NCBI GenBank assembly: GCA_011391125.1
Contig: JAABRE010000007.1
Span: 30,660-94,659, forward strand
Length of the DNA: 64,000 nucleotides
DNA from: Synechococcales cyanobacterium S06
Lineage (GTDB): Bacteria; Cyanobacteriota; Cyanobacteriia; Cyanobacteriales; JAABRE01
Direction of reading: 5' to 3'
The notes below the pieces were generated by a model. The model was not told where the DNA came from. It searched no databases and was given only the letters and a program-made list of their open reading frames with translations. Shown here in pieces: positions 26,047 to 35,547 of this stretch (its first letter is position 1; every line of letters starts with the position of its first letter). Position numbers and translations under genes: made by a program.

Positions 26047-26340
26047 TCACCCCTTCTTTTTTTCAGAAATACTTGCTTTTTTCTCTACTTGATAATATTT
26101 TTGATTGATCTAATACTGTAGCCATCAAATTGAAACTCCGGCCACTGGAACTATTCCCTCTAAAAATATTCTCTCTAAAAGTAATTTATCAATTAATATT
26201 TTTGTTTCATTACTAATAGGTTGAGGTCGGGGATTGTTAACTTATTGTCTATGGCAGTTTTTACCTTTATCACGTTGTTTCCCAGACCTCGTTTTACCAT
26301 ACTTAACAATTTTGTCTGACAAACATTTAACACATTTCAT
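26047..26340 (-). pseudogene. Decayed IS1-family-like transposase N-terminal fragment (Zn ribbon + HTH) with in-frame stops
   Basis: The minus strand, in one frame, reads MKCVKCLSDKIVKYGKTRSGKQRDKGKNCHRQ*VNNPRPQPISNETKILIDKLLLERIFLEGIVPVAGVSI*WLQY*INQKYYQVEKKASISEKKKG*. This matches the remembered pattern MxCPxCxSxxIVKNGxxxxGKQRYxCKxCGRQF...ISxETKxLIDKLLLEKISLAGIARVTGVSxxWLQNYVNQKY. Cys ligands are lost, there are three internal stops, and no catalytic region follows. Confidence 0.6.
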
Positions 26341-26549
26341 TAGTTTATCTCCTCCTCTTTATTATTCTGAAATAATGGTAACATTACTATGCATTACTAC
26401 TATTTTGGTTAATCTTGTATTAAAAATTCAGGAATTGCCCTTACCGATATAGACAAGTTATCCCTACATAAATGCACAGATTAGATACAATAGACAGAAT
26501 ATATTTACTGTAAAGTTAATTTAAACAATTATAGGAGAAACAAGCAACC

Positions 26550-28796
26550 ATGGGAAGAGTCGTAGGTATTGATTTGGGAACAACTAATTCTGTAGTAGCT
26601 GTCATGGAAGGTTCAAAGCCAATTGTGATCGCTAATTCAGAAGGAATGCGGACGACTCCTTCTGTGGTAGGTTTTAATAAGGATGGGGAATTAGTCGTGG
26701 GCAGTTTAGCCCGTCGTCAGGGTGTACTAAATCCTCAAAATACCTATTCTGGTGTCAAACGTTTTATGGGTCGCAAATACGCGGAACTTGAGCCTAGTTC
26801 TAAGCGCGTGCCTTACACTATTCGTAAGGATGATCTTGGTAATATTAAAATTCGCTGTCCTCGTCTCAAAAAGGAGTATGCTCCCGAAGAAATTTCCGCT
26901 ATGATTTTAAGAAAATTGGCGGAGGAAGCGGAACGATATTTGGGGGAAAAAGTCACGGGTGCGGTCATTACTGTCCCTGCTTATTTTAATGATTCCCAAC
27001 GCCAAGCGACTAAAGATGCTGGAAAAATCGCTGGCTTGGAAGTTCTACGCATTATTAATGAACCTACTGCTGCTTCTTTAGCCTACGGGTTGGAACAACA
27101 AAAAACTAAGACTATTCTCGTTTTTGATTTGGGTGGTGGTACGTTCGATGTGTCCATTTTGGACGTGGGAGACGGCATTTTTGAGGTCAAAGCTACCAGT
27201 GGAGATACCCAATTAGGTGGTAATGATTTTGACCAGAAAATTGTGAATTGGTTGGCGGAACAATTTTTGGAAACCGAAAAAGTTGACCTTAGACGCGATC
27301 GCCAAGCTCTCCAACGTCTCACGGAGGCGGCTGAAAAAGCCAAGATTGAACTATCCGGTGTATCTGTGACGGAGATTAATTTACCGTTTATTACCGCAAC
27401 GGAAGATGGTCCCAAACACCTCGAAACCCGTTTAGACAGGGCAACTTTTGATAACCTTTGTGGTGACTTAGTTTCCCGTTTAAGACGACCTTTAAAACGC
27501 GCTTTATCTGACGCAGGAATCAGCCCTGTACAAATCGACGAAGTTGTGCTAGTTGGCGGCTCTACCCGTATCCCTTTAGTTCAAGGGTTGGTGCGTAGTT
27601 TCATTGATCGCGAACCGTCCCAAAATGTCAACCCCGATGAAGTGGTGGCCGTTGGTGCTGCTATTCAAGCTGGCATTTTGGGCGGCCAAGTCAAGGATAT
27701 TCTGCTACTTGACGTGACTCCTTTGTCCCTTGGCTTAGAAACCATTGGCGGGGTGATGAAAAAACTTATCCCCCGTAATACTACCATTCCCGTGCGGCGA
27801 TCGGATATTTTTTCAACTAGCGAAAATAACCAAACTTTGGTGGAAGTCCACGTTTTGCAAGGGGAAAGGGAAATGGCCTCGGGAAATAAGTCTCTCGGCC
27901 GTTTTAAATTAACGGGAATTCCTCCTGCTCCTCGCGGTGTACCCCAAGTTCAAGTGTCCTTTGATATTGATGCCAATGGCATTTTGCAGGTTTCCGCCAT
28001 GGATAAAACCACTGGCCGTCAACAAAGTATTACTATTCAAGGGGCTTCTACTTTAGCCGACAGCGAAATCAATCGCATGATTGAAGATGCGTCCAAGTTT
28101 GCCCAGGAAGACAGAGAACGTCGGGAAAGGGTAGAAAAACGCAACCGAGCTAGGGCATTGACTGACCAAGCACAACGTCGAATTAAGGAAGTTACCCTCG
28201 ATTTTGGTAGTCAATTTGCGAGTTATTATCGTCGTCGAATTGAGGCCTTAAGTGCGGAAATTAATGATAGTTTAAAGGAAAATGACGATCGCCGTTTAGA
28301 TCGCGCTCAAGCTGATTTACAAGATGCACTTTATGAGTTAAATCGTGAGGTGAGATTACAATATCGAGACGACGAAGATGACGACTTTTTCGGTTCAATT
28401 AAAAGGACAATTACGGGAGAAAAAGATCGCGAAGATGACCTAGATTCTTATTATAATACTCGCACTTCTAACCCAAATTATAACGAACGTCGAGATAATT
28501 ATCGGGATGATTATCGGGATGATTATAATTATTCTCCGCGTCAAAAAGATGATAATTACTATCAGCAAAAAACTAATTATTCTTCCCGTCAAAAAGATGA
28601 TAATTATTATGAACCAAGAGATAATAGACCTTCTCGCCAAAAAGATGATAATTATTATGAACCAAGAGATAATAGACGTTCTACTCCTCGAAATAATGAC
28701 CCTTATCCTGACCCGAATCAACGTTATTCTGGTACAGGAAAACAGCGAATTCCGCGCCAAAATGATTGGGATGAAGATGACGACGAATGGTTTTAA
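26550..28796 (+). CDS. dnaK: Molecular chaperone DnaK, DnaK3-type with a long repetitive C-terminal extension
   Basis: 748 aa, canonical throughout: [75 protein letters not shown] ~150-aa Asp/Tyr/Arg-rich tail follows. The gene downstream is dnaJ. Confidence 0.95.
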   Translation: MGRVVGIDLGTTNSVVAVMEGSKPIVIANSEGMRTTPSVVGFNKDGELVVGSLARRQGVLNPQNTYSGVKRFMGRKYAELEPSSKRVPYTIRKDDLGNIKIRCPRLKKEYAPEEISAMILRKLAEEAERYLGEKVTGAVITVPAYFNDSQRQATKDAGKIAGLEVLRIINEPTAASLAYGLEQQKTKTILVFDLGGGTFDVSILDVGDGIFEVKATSGDTQLGGNDFDQKIVNWLAEQFLETEKVDLRRDRQALQRLTEAAEKAKIELSGVSVTEINLPFITATEDGPKHLETRLDRATFDNLCGDLVSRLRRPLKRALSDAGISPVQIDEVVLVGGSTRIPLVQGLVRSFIDREPSQNVNPDEVVAVGAAIQAGILGGQVKDILLLDVTPLSLGLETIGGVMKKLIPRNTTIPVRRSDIFSTSENNQTLVEVHVLQGEREMASGNKSLGRFKLTGIPPAPRGVPQVQVSFDIDANGILQVSAMDKTTGRQQSITIQGASTLADSEINRMIEDASKFAQEDRERRERVEKRNRARALTDQAQRRIKEVTLDFGSQFASYYRRRIEALSAEINDSLKENDDRRLDRAQADLQDALYELNREVRLQYRDDEDDDFFGSIKRTITGEKDREDDLDSYYNTRTSNPNYNERRDNYRDDYRDDYNYSPRQKDDNYYQQKTNYSSRQKDDNYYEPRDNRPSRQKDDNYYEPRDNRRSTPRNNDPYPDPNQRYSGTGKQRIPRQNDWDEDDDEWF

Positions 28797-28835
28797 CAGT
28801 TAACAGTTAACAGTTATCAGTTATCAGTTGATAGT
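28794..28835. repeat. Heptamer tandem repeat (TAACAGT x3, TATCAGT x2, TGATAGT x1)
   Basis: Read directly. The first unit contains the dnaK TAA stop codon. Confidence 0.85.
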
Positions 28836-28837
28836 TA

Positions 28838-28917
28838 TTTATCCCTCACCCCCCTACCCCCCTCATCCCAAAGGGAGAGGGGGAAAGAGAGATAAAATAT
28901 CAAATGAAAATGCTATA
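28838..28917 (-). repeat. MITE-like element family A, copy 3 (truncated, one TIR missing)
   Basis: ccctcacccccctacccccctcatcccaaagggagagggggaaagagagataaaatatcaaatgaaaatgctata. The far end is replaced by the heptamer repeats. Confidence 0.6.
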
Positions 28918-28976
28918 AAAGTTAATTATTAACTAAAATAATAAATATTTTAATAAACATTAAAAAATTATACAAT

Positions 28977-29939
28977 ATGCAAAGTTTAAGAAATTATTAT
29001 GAAGTTTTAGAAGTTCAGTCAAATGCCACTGGTGATGAAATTAAGAGGGCTTTTCGTAAATTAGCGAGGCGTTATCATCCAGACGTTAACCCCGGTGATT
29101 TAACCGCCGAGGAAAAATTTAAGAACCTTAATGAAGCTTATGAGGTGCTTTCTGATGATGAAAAGCGATCGCAATATGATCTTTTTCTCCGTCAACAAAA
29201 AACCGCAAAAAGACCAAGTTTTAACAAAAATAATACCACTAAAGCTGCGGAATATAGCGATTTTAATCAGTTTGTCGATCAGATGCGCAATCGTCGACCT
29301 CCAGCGAACACCACAGCAACAGCCGAAAATCCTCGTATTCGGGTTAATTCCACTGAAGGATATAAACCTGGTACGGTCAAAACCCCAAAAGTGGTTAATC
29401 CGAGGGCCGGTGCTGTTAGGCCGAGGGATATTGAGGCTAGGTTAACTTTACCACTGGAAAAGGCTTATTTAGGCGGAAAAGAGCGGATTCGCCTCGAAGA
29501 TGGTAGATCTTTGGAGGTGGAAATGCCTCCGGGGATGCTCGATGGACAGAAAATTCGCCTCAAAGGTCAAGGCATTGCTGGTGGTGACTTATACCTCAAG
29601 ATAACCGTTGCACCCCATGCACTATTTGAGTTACAGGGTGCTGATATTTACTGCCAAGTTCCGGTTACTCCCTCGGAAGCGGTATTAGGAGGTGCGGTGG
29701 AAGTGCCAACTATTGACGGTTTAGTTAAAATGACCGTCCCTAGTGGTGTGAGAAGTGGTCAACGGCTGCGGTTGGCGAATAAAGGTTATCCCCGAGGAAA
29801 AGATAATTCTCGGGGTGATCAATTGGTGGAAATAGTGATAGTAACTCCCAAGGAAATTAGCGAAGAAGAAAGAGATTTGTATCGCCAAATTCGGGAATTA
29901 GAAACTTTTAAACCTCGCAAAAATTTAGTTGAAAATTAG
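28977..29939 (+). CDS. dnaJ: DnaJ-family co-chaperone lacking the zinc-finger region (type II, DnaJ3-like)
   Basis: 320 aa. The J domain is intact, with HPD ([36 protein letters not shown]...[23 protein letters not shown]). There are no CxxCxGxG repeats. The DnaJ C-terminal beta domains are present ([28 protein letters not shown]...). Confidence 0.9.
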   Translation: MQSLRNYYEVLEVQSNATGDEIKRAFRKLARRYHPDVNPGDLTAEEKFKNLNEAYEVLSDDEKRSQYDLFLRQQKTAKRPSFNKNNTTKAAEYSDFNQFVDQMRNRRPPANTTATAENPRIRVNSTEGYKPGTVKTPKVVNPRAGAVRPRDIEARLTLPLEKAYLGGKERIRLEDGRSLEVEMPPGMLDGQKIRLKGQGIAGGDLYLKITVAPHALFELQGADIYCQVPVTPSEAVLGGAVEVPTIDGLVKMTVPSGVRSGQRLRLANKGYPRGKDNSRGDQLVEIVIVTPKEISEEERDLYRQIRELETFKPRKNLVEN

Positions 29940-29975
29940 GAGAAAAAATGACAAAATTAATTATTTAAAAATTAA

Positions 29976-30863
29976 TTAAAGAGAGTTATTTTCACCTAAC
30001 AAAGAATTATTGCTTCGGTAAGTTTTTAATAGAGATAGGAATTTTGTTCTATTAAAACTGCGAGGATCTTTTCTTAGGCCTGATCGATCAACAGATTGAT
30101 GGGTAGTAATTCTGTCTTCAGAAATGTTGGTTTGAGCTATTAACCAGGCTAAAGATTCATATTGGCCAGCGGTATAACCACTGTGCGATCGCTGATTACC
30201 TCGACCATCAGCAGGGGTTTCTAAGGAGACATGATAGGCAAAATTGTTGACAGAGCTAGGAAATTTGGGATGAAGTTTGACGGTTTCCACTCCTGATGGT
30301 CCTTTAAAGATGGAATTACCCGCTCCAAATGCTCTCTTTTCCGGTGGGACGAGATAAACAATAGCACCGTTGCGCGGAATTAAAACATGGTAACTAACTT
30401 GATTGGTTTCTCGAATGTTATTATTTTTAAAAGTATTAATCGCGCTAGTTGCTGAACCCACCGTTTCATGTAAAACCAGTATCATTTGATTATTGATGGG
30501 CTTGCCGTAAATATCTTGAGAAGCGCGAGTTTCATAGTTGCTAGGATGTACATTGACAATGCTTTGTTGGGGTATATATTCAGGCGTTGTGATGGCTTTA
30601 GCAACAATAGTAGGTTGGGGAAGAATAGGTGTATAAATCTGTAATTCATCTTCAGGTTTTATTTCATCAAATGAATTAGATTTCGATAAATTATTTTCTT
30701 GTGCAGATAAACTGGTTAGGGATGGAATAAACTTGAAAATAGTGGGAGTAAAAATTATTAAAAAGGTGATTAATCCCATTAAAAATATTGATTTGAGGAA
30801 CTTGAATTTCATTGTTATTACTAATAGGGTTTTTTTACCAGATTTACATTTATAATAATTCAT
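29976..30863 (-). CDS. Membrane-anchored N-acetylmuramoyl-L-alanine amidase (amidase_2/PGRP-type)
   Basis: 295 aa with an N-terminal TM helix. ILVLHETVGSATSAINTF...VSYHVLIPRNGAIVYLVPPEKRAFGAGNS...AYHVSLE...YESLAWLIAQ...ITTHQSVD fits the amidase_2 pattern. Confidence 0.7.
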   Translation of the reverse strand: MNYYKCKSGKKTLLVITMKFKFLKSIFLMGLITFLIIFTPTIFKFIPSLTSLSAQENNLSKSNSFDEIKPEDELQIYTPILPQPTIVAKAITTPEYIPQQSIVNVHPSNYETRASQDIYGKPINNQMILVLHETVGSATSAINTFKNNNIRETNQVSYHVLIPRNGAIVYLVPPEKRAFGAGNSIFKGPSGVETVKLHPKFPSSVNNFAYHVSLETPADGRGNQRSHSGYTAGQYESLAWLIAQTNISEDRITTHQSVDRSGLRKDPRSFNRTKFLSLLKTYRSNNSLLGENNSL

Positions 30864-30876
30864 AATTACCTAGTCG

Positions 30877-30931
30877 GTAGGGTGGGCATTGCCCACCAAA
30901 TGATTCTTGTGGTGGGCAATGCCCACCCTAC
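30877..30931. repeat. Inverted pair of GTGGGCA(A/T)TGCCCAC palindromes framed by GTAGG/CCTAC
   Basis: gtagggtgggcattgcccacc-N13-ggtgggcaatgcccaccctac. The TAG stop of the type IIG gene (complement of 30928-30930) lies inside the right arm. Split relatives occur at 39922-39990, 54086-54104 and 57304-57371. Confidence 0.85.
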
Positions 30932-33900
30932 TTAATTTTCTCCTGAATAATTGCCATTTCTTCTGGAGTTAATCCATATAAAAGGGCTACTTTCTCGTCT
31001 AATTCTGCTTCCCATTTCTCTACTCCTATTCCTTTTGCTTCAATACATTTTTGTACTAATTTTTCGATCGCCTTTTTCTCTTTTTCTGTTACTTTAGGAA
31101 TGGGAATTTGTGAAACATGGATTGATTGAAATTCAAAAAAACCTCCTTGTCTTGTAGCTGCACTTTGAGAGATTAAATACTGACAAATTTTAGAATTTAA
31201 AATTGCCACCAAATATTGATCATTTTCAGATACGATTAAATTAGCAGGAGCAGAAAGATAATAACCTTTTTTTGTACAAGAAAACTGTGGTTTAGTTGCT
31301 AAATTTCCCCAGACAATTAAAGAAGAATTAAATCGTTGCCAATAAGCACAACTTCTTAATTCCCAAAAATATTTACCTTGATCTGTTCGTTTAATTAATT
31401 TTTCTCGATAATTGTTAAATCTGTTATAAATGGCGGGATAAGTATTAGCAAAAATTTGTTCAGCTTCTTCTTTTGGTTTATCACTCCAAGGATGTTTTTT
31501 ATTTTCCGAAGATTCAATTTTAATTAAATATTGATCGGCAAAATTAATAGTCCATCTTTTAACATCTCTACCCCGAATTAATGGTTTTAAAATTTCTGCG
31601 GAAGAAGGATGTTCATTAATTAATTGATCCCTAGTTTCTTTATTTATTACAAATGCTTCATTAAAACCCGTTTTAATGCCATAATAAAACTTACCTTCCA
31701 CATATTCACCTAAAGGAATACCAGAATTTTTTAACTTATCTAATAAAGCTAAAATTTGAGGTGATTCTAATTGCCAACCTTCTGGTTTTAATAGTGTTTG
31801 ATCAATGGAGATATAATTATTTTTAAATATCTCAGGAAAATCTTTAATATTGGCCTCCGTTGATTGATCCCAAGACATTGCTTTAATATGATTTTGATTC
31901 GGTTGATTTTTACTCATGACAATAATACTAGGATAGGCGATCGCTTCATCAAATACGGGATAATCACCAAAATCAATTAAAGTATGAATAGTGGTATTTT
32001 CTGTTAAGAAATGACGGAGTTTTTCCCCATAATTAGAGCGAAAATATTTGTTAGAACAAATGTAGGCAAAATGACCCGTATTTTTTAATAATTTCAACCC
32101 CAATTCATAGAAATAAACAAATAAATCTGCTACCCCCGTATAACAGGTATAATTTTCTTGCAAAAAGGGTTTCAATTCCTTAATTTCCTCTTGTCTGATA
32201 TAGGGAGGATTGCCAATAATCACATCAAAACCGACAAAATCACCCTCATTATTTAATACTTCGGGAAATTCAAAACGCCATTCAAAAGCCTTTTCATAGA
32301 TTTTATCACTTTTGAGTTCCTCGATTTTTAGTCGTAAAATTTCGATGTCTTTTTCCAAAGATTTCTGTTGTTTCTCCTTCTCTTTTTGCTCCTTTTTAGT
32401 CGGTTCAAAAAGTTCGGTTTGATGCAATAAATTCTCTAATTCACCCTCCTTTTTTAAGAGCTTTTTAAATTGGGGATCAGTATGATAAATTTCAGTGGTA
32501 AAATTATCCTTAATTTCCTTAATTAAATTTACCATAGCTTGCTTTTCTTGTTTATTTAGAGCATTTTGATAAATTTTAACTGCATTTCGATAGGTTTCAA
32601 TGGTGAATTTTTTCTTACTTAAAACTCCCTTTAAACTACTGTTTAAATCAAAACGACTAATCAAAGAATTGCCACATTTAATATTAATATCAAGATTAGA
32701 TAAAGTTTCTAAATCTTGATAATTAGTTTCAGCTTTATAATAAGCATTTTTTAAGAGTTCAATCCATAAACGTAAACGACAAATTTGTACCGAGTTCGGA
32801 CTAATATCTACCCCAAATAAACAATTTTCAATGATTCTTTGTTTTTCATGAAAGAGAGTTTTTTGTACTCGATTACTTTCCTTTCCTTCAATCTGATATT
32901 CAAAAAAAGTACCATTTTCATCAGTTATAATTAACTCATCATTAACTACCTGTATATCATAACCTCGTAAAGCTTTGCCATTTTCATCTAATAAAATATT
33001 TAACTCACTTTTAATGGCAATTATTTCATTAAGGGCCGACACCAAAAAATGACCAGAACCAACAGCTGGATCACATATTTTTATGGTATTAATAATTTTA
33101 TCGGCCTCTCCATATTCGGGAACTTTAATGTAATTATAGAGTTGCTCAAAATTCTGACAATTCCAACCTTTTACCTCATTAAATTTCTTGACAACCGCGC
33201 GACGTAAAGTTTCACGACACATAGACATCGTGATATAACCCGGGGTAAAAAATGAACCGTCTTTATAACCGTTTATTTTCTCAAAAATCAACCCTAAAAC
33301 CGCAGCATTGATCAGGGTTTTATTGTCTTCTTGGATAGTTTCACTACCCTCACTACTAAAATCATAAGAATCTAAAAACTCAAATAAATAGATAAGAGAA
33401 TTAAGTTTTCCTGTGCGTTTTTTTCCTTCTTTATCCTTTAAAACAGTCGTCGAAAAAATTGGTAAATTTTCCTCAGCAATATCCTTAATAAATACAGTCG
33501 TTTTTTCTAATTCTGTCGGTTCAAATAGAGAACTATTTAGATAGGGAATATACTCGAAAATACGTCGTAAATCTTCATTTCTCAGCTCCTTTTTTTTAGC
33601 TAAAATCTCAAAAAATAACTCATTTAATTCGTGATAATTATGGATTTTACTTTTATGCAAAAAAGCATAATTATAATTTCCTTTTTCGTATTTATTTTGA
33701 TAATTGATTAATTGGGCTTCGAGTAATTTAAGAAATAAAATCCGATTAAGCCATGTGATTACTAATTCTAAGGCCACCTCAAAGAGTTTGTCCTCATATT
33801 TTTTGCCCCATTTTAAGGGAGAAAATTTACTTAAACTAACTAATTTATTTATCGTATTTTCAATCAAAGAACCAGATAAACGATCTTTTTGAGAATTTCG

Positions 33901-34719
33901 AGCAATTATTTTTTTACCTTTTTGTTGTACTTCAGTTAGTCCAATTATATACAATAATTCAGTATAAAATTCCGTGTCTAATTTATTACTATCATTGGCA
34001 AAAGGTAACTGAAGTAAATGTTCGGGAGATAAAATTTTAAATAGTGCAATTAAAGCTTTATCTTCCTCCTTATTTTCTCCTTTTAAATACTGTTGATAAT
34101 CCCGTATATCAAAATAAGTAAATTGTAAGTTATCCTTAATTTTTTCCACCCAAGGTGCTGCTATTTCTTGATAAAAATATTCTGTCTTTGTTCCCTCTAA
34201 TTCTCGATTCTGAAAAGCTTGAAACTGATTAACAAACCCCTGATTTTTCGCAAAATAACTATCAAAAATTTCCTCATCAAAGATAAACCATTCATTAATA
34301 TTAGTGGCAATTAAATGGGTAATATCATGATTATTTTCGTTAATTCTTTCCCGCATAAAATACAAAATTAACTCATGAAAAGCCTTAGTATTAAGATTAT
34401 CAACCTTTAACATTTCGGTACGATTAGTGGGCTTTTTCGCCTCAATAATTACCCCAACCGAATCAGTTGCTTCTTTCCCTTTATGAATAACAAGATCATT
34501 TCGTCCTTTGGTATTTATGAAATGATCAGGACTATAATAAGTATTTTTCAGAAAGTCGGCAATTAAATTTTTATTAAATTCCTCTGATTCAGAATCATTT
34601 ATTCTCTCTAATAAATTTGAAAAATTTTTCTTAAATTTTTCAATATCTCTTCTAATAGGTTTTAATCTTAAAAAAGCTTTATTGAGAGACTTTCTAGGAG
34701 TCAAAATAGAATTATTCAT
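30928..34719 (-). CDS. Type IIG restriction-modification enzyme (PD-ExK nuclease + N6-adenine methyltransferase + TaqI-like specificity domain)
   Basis: 1263 aa. The N-terminus has a D...ExK-like motif (NDLVIH...GVIIEAKKP). The methyltransferase has motif I ICDPAVGSGHFLVSAL and motif IV VIIGNPPYIRQEE. The C-terminal YYGIKTGFNEAFVI is typical of Eco57I/TaqI-like target-recognition modules. Confidence 0.85.
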   Translation of the reverse strand: MNNSILTPRKSLNKAFLRLKPIRRDIEKFKKNFSNLLERINDSESEEFNKNLIADFLKNTYYSPDHFINTKGRNDLVIHKGKEATDSVGVIIEAKKPTNRTEMLKVDNLNTKAFHELILYFMRERINENNHDITHLIATNINEWFIFDEEIFDSYFAKNQGFVNQFQAFQNRELEGTKTEYFYQEIAAPWVEKIKDNLQFTYFDIRDYQQYLKGENKEEDKALIALFKILSPEHLLQLPFANDSNKLDTEFYTELLYIIGLTEVQQKGKKIIARNSQKDRLSGSLIENTINKLVSLSKFSPLKWGKKYEDKLFEVALELVITWLNRILFLKLLEAQLINYQNKYEKGNYNYAFLHKSKIHNYHELNELFFEILAKKKELRNEDLRRIFEYIPYLNSSLFEPTELEKTTVFIKDIAEENLPIFSTTVLKDKEGKKRTGKLNSLIYLFEFLDSYDFSSEGSETIQEDNKTLINAAVLGLIFEKINGYKDGSFFTPGYITMSMCRETLRRAVVKKFNEVKGWNCQNFEQLYNYIKVPEYGEADKIINTIKICDPAVGSGHFLVSALNEIIAIKSELNILLDENGKALRGYDIQVVNDELIITDENGTFFEYQIEGKESNRVQKTLFHEKQRIIENCLFGVDISPNSVQICRLRLWIELLKNAYYKAETNYQDLETLSNLDINIKCGNSLISRFDLNSSLKGVLSKKKFTIETYRNAVKIYQNALNKQEKQAMVNLIKEIKDNFTTEIYHTDPQFKKLLKKEGELENLLHQTELFEPTKKEQKEKEKQQKSLEKDIEILRLKIEELKSDKIYEKAFEWRFEFPEVLNNEGDFVGFDVIIGNPPYIRQEEIKELKPFLQENYTCYTGVADLFVYFYELGLKLLKNTGHFAYICSNKYFRSNYGEKLRHFLTENTTIHTLIDFGDYPVFDEAIAYPSIIVMSKNQPNQNHIKAMSWDQSTEANIKDFPEIFKNNYISIDQTLLKPEGWQLESPQILALLDKLKNSGIPLGEYVEGKFYYGIKTGFNEAFVINKETRDQLINEHPSSAEILKPLIRGRDVKRWTINFADQYLIKIESSENKKHPWSDKPKEEAEQIFANTYPAIYNRFNNYREKLIKRTDQGKYFWELRSCAYWQRFNSSLIVWGNLATKPQFSCTKKGYYLSAPANLIVSENDQYLVAILNSKICQYLISQSAATRQGGFFEFQSIHVSQIPIPKVTEKEKKAIEKLVQKCIEAKGIGVEKWEAELDEKVALLYGLTPEEMAIIQEKIK

Positions 34720-34815
34720 AGGTAATTAAATTAATAAAAAAACACTTAAACTAATATTATACTATTAGTAGGTCATGGCGTTAATTATTTCTTGTGAGCA
34801 ATATTTTAAGAATGT

Positions 34816-34872
34816 AAAAGCTCGTTGTTGCGCTTTAGCGCATTAGATAGCCCTAAAGCGCAACAACGAACC
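34816..34872. repeat. GTTGTTGCGC hairpin element (family B, hairpin-only copy)
   Basis: aaaagctcgttgttgcgctttagcgc...ccctaaagcgcaacaacgaac; the two arms are complementary at 17 of 18 positions. Confidence 0.7.
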
Positions 34873-34912
34873 ATTTGCAAAGTTTTAATCAATAAACTGA
34901 GGTTAAATCGGT

Positions 34913-35497
34913 ATGAATCAACCAATTTTATTAGAAATTCCACCCAAATTTAAGGTGACAGAAACACAGTTTGAACTTTTGTCCACTTTTAATCGAGATT
35001 TAAGAATGGAACGTAATTGTAATGGAGAATTAATCATTATGCCCCCAACAGGTGGAAATACAGGAAAACGTAACGCCAATTTAGCTTATCAAATACAATT
35101 ATGGAATAATAAATACAAATTAGGGGAAGTGTTTGATTCTTCTACGGCATTTCGACTCCCCAATGGAGCGCAAAAATCCCCCGATGTCAGTTGGATTAAA
35201 AAGGAGCGTTGGGAAACCTTAACACCCCAAGAAAAAGACAGTTTTCCTCCCCTTTGTCCTGACTTTGTTGTCGAATTACGCTCTCGTACAGATAGTATGG
35301 TAAAATTGCGCGAAAAAATGCAAGAATACCTCGATAATGGTATTAGTTTGGGGTGGTTAATTGACCCGCAAAATAAAATTGTTGAAATTTATCGACCTAA
35401 TCAGAAGGTGGAAATTTTACAGTCACCAAAAATATTATCAGGAGAGAATATTCTCCCTGATTTTGTGTTAGATTTAGAGTTAATTTTTAGGGATTAA
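34913..35497 (+). CDS. Uma2 family (DUF820) endonuclease
   Basis: 194 aa. NGELIIMPPTGGNTGKRN...SPDVSWI...PDFVVELRSRTD...K..EY fits the PD-(D/E)xK Uma2 pattern. Confidence 0.85.
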   Translation: MNQPILLEIPPKFKVTETQFELLSTFNRDLRMERNCNGELIIMPPTGGNTGKRNANLAYQIQLWNNKYKLGEVFDSSTAFRLPNGAQKSPDVSWIKKERWETLTPQEKDSFPPLCPDFVVELRSRTDSMVKLREKMQEYLDNGISLGWLIDPQNKIVEIYRPNQKVEILQSPKILSGENILPDFVLDLELIFRD

Positions 35498-35547
35498 AAA
35501 TCATTATTGAACTTTAAGGTTAGCGCTAAAGCGTAACTACAAACTTT

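Noticed and set aside
26453-26549. CIRCE/HrcA operator upstream of dnaK (and likewise upstream of the Hsp70-like gene)
   Set aside because: No TTAGCACTC-N9-GAGTGCTAA-like inverted repeat is visible in either upstream region.
28440-28803. ORFs 28440-28760(-) and 28507-28803(+), Ile-rich proteins
   Set aside because: They are alternative-frame or antisense artefacts of the 48-nt repeats in the dnaK 3' region.
30928-34719. BREX system (PglX-like methyltransferase)
   Set aside because: The domain content resembles PglX, but no PglZ, BrxA/B/C/L or other BREX genes are present on either side. A stand-alone type IIG enzyme is the simpler reading.
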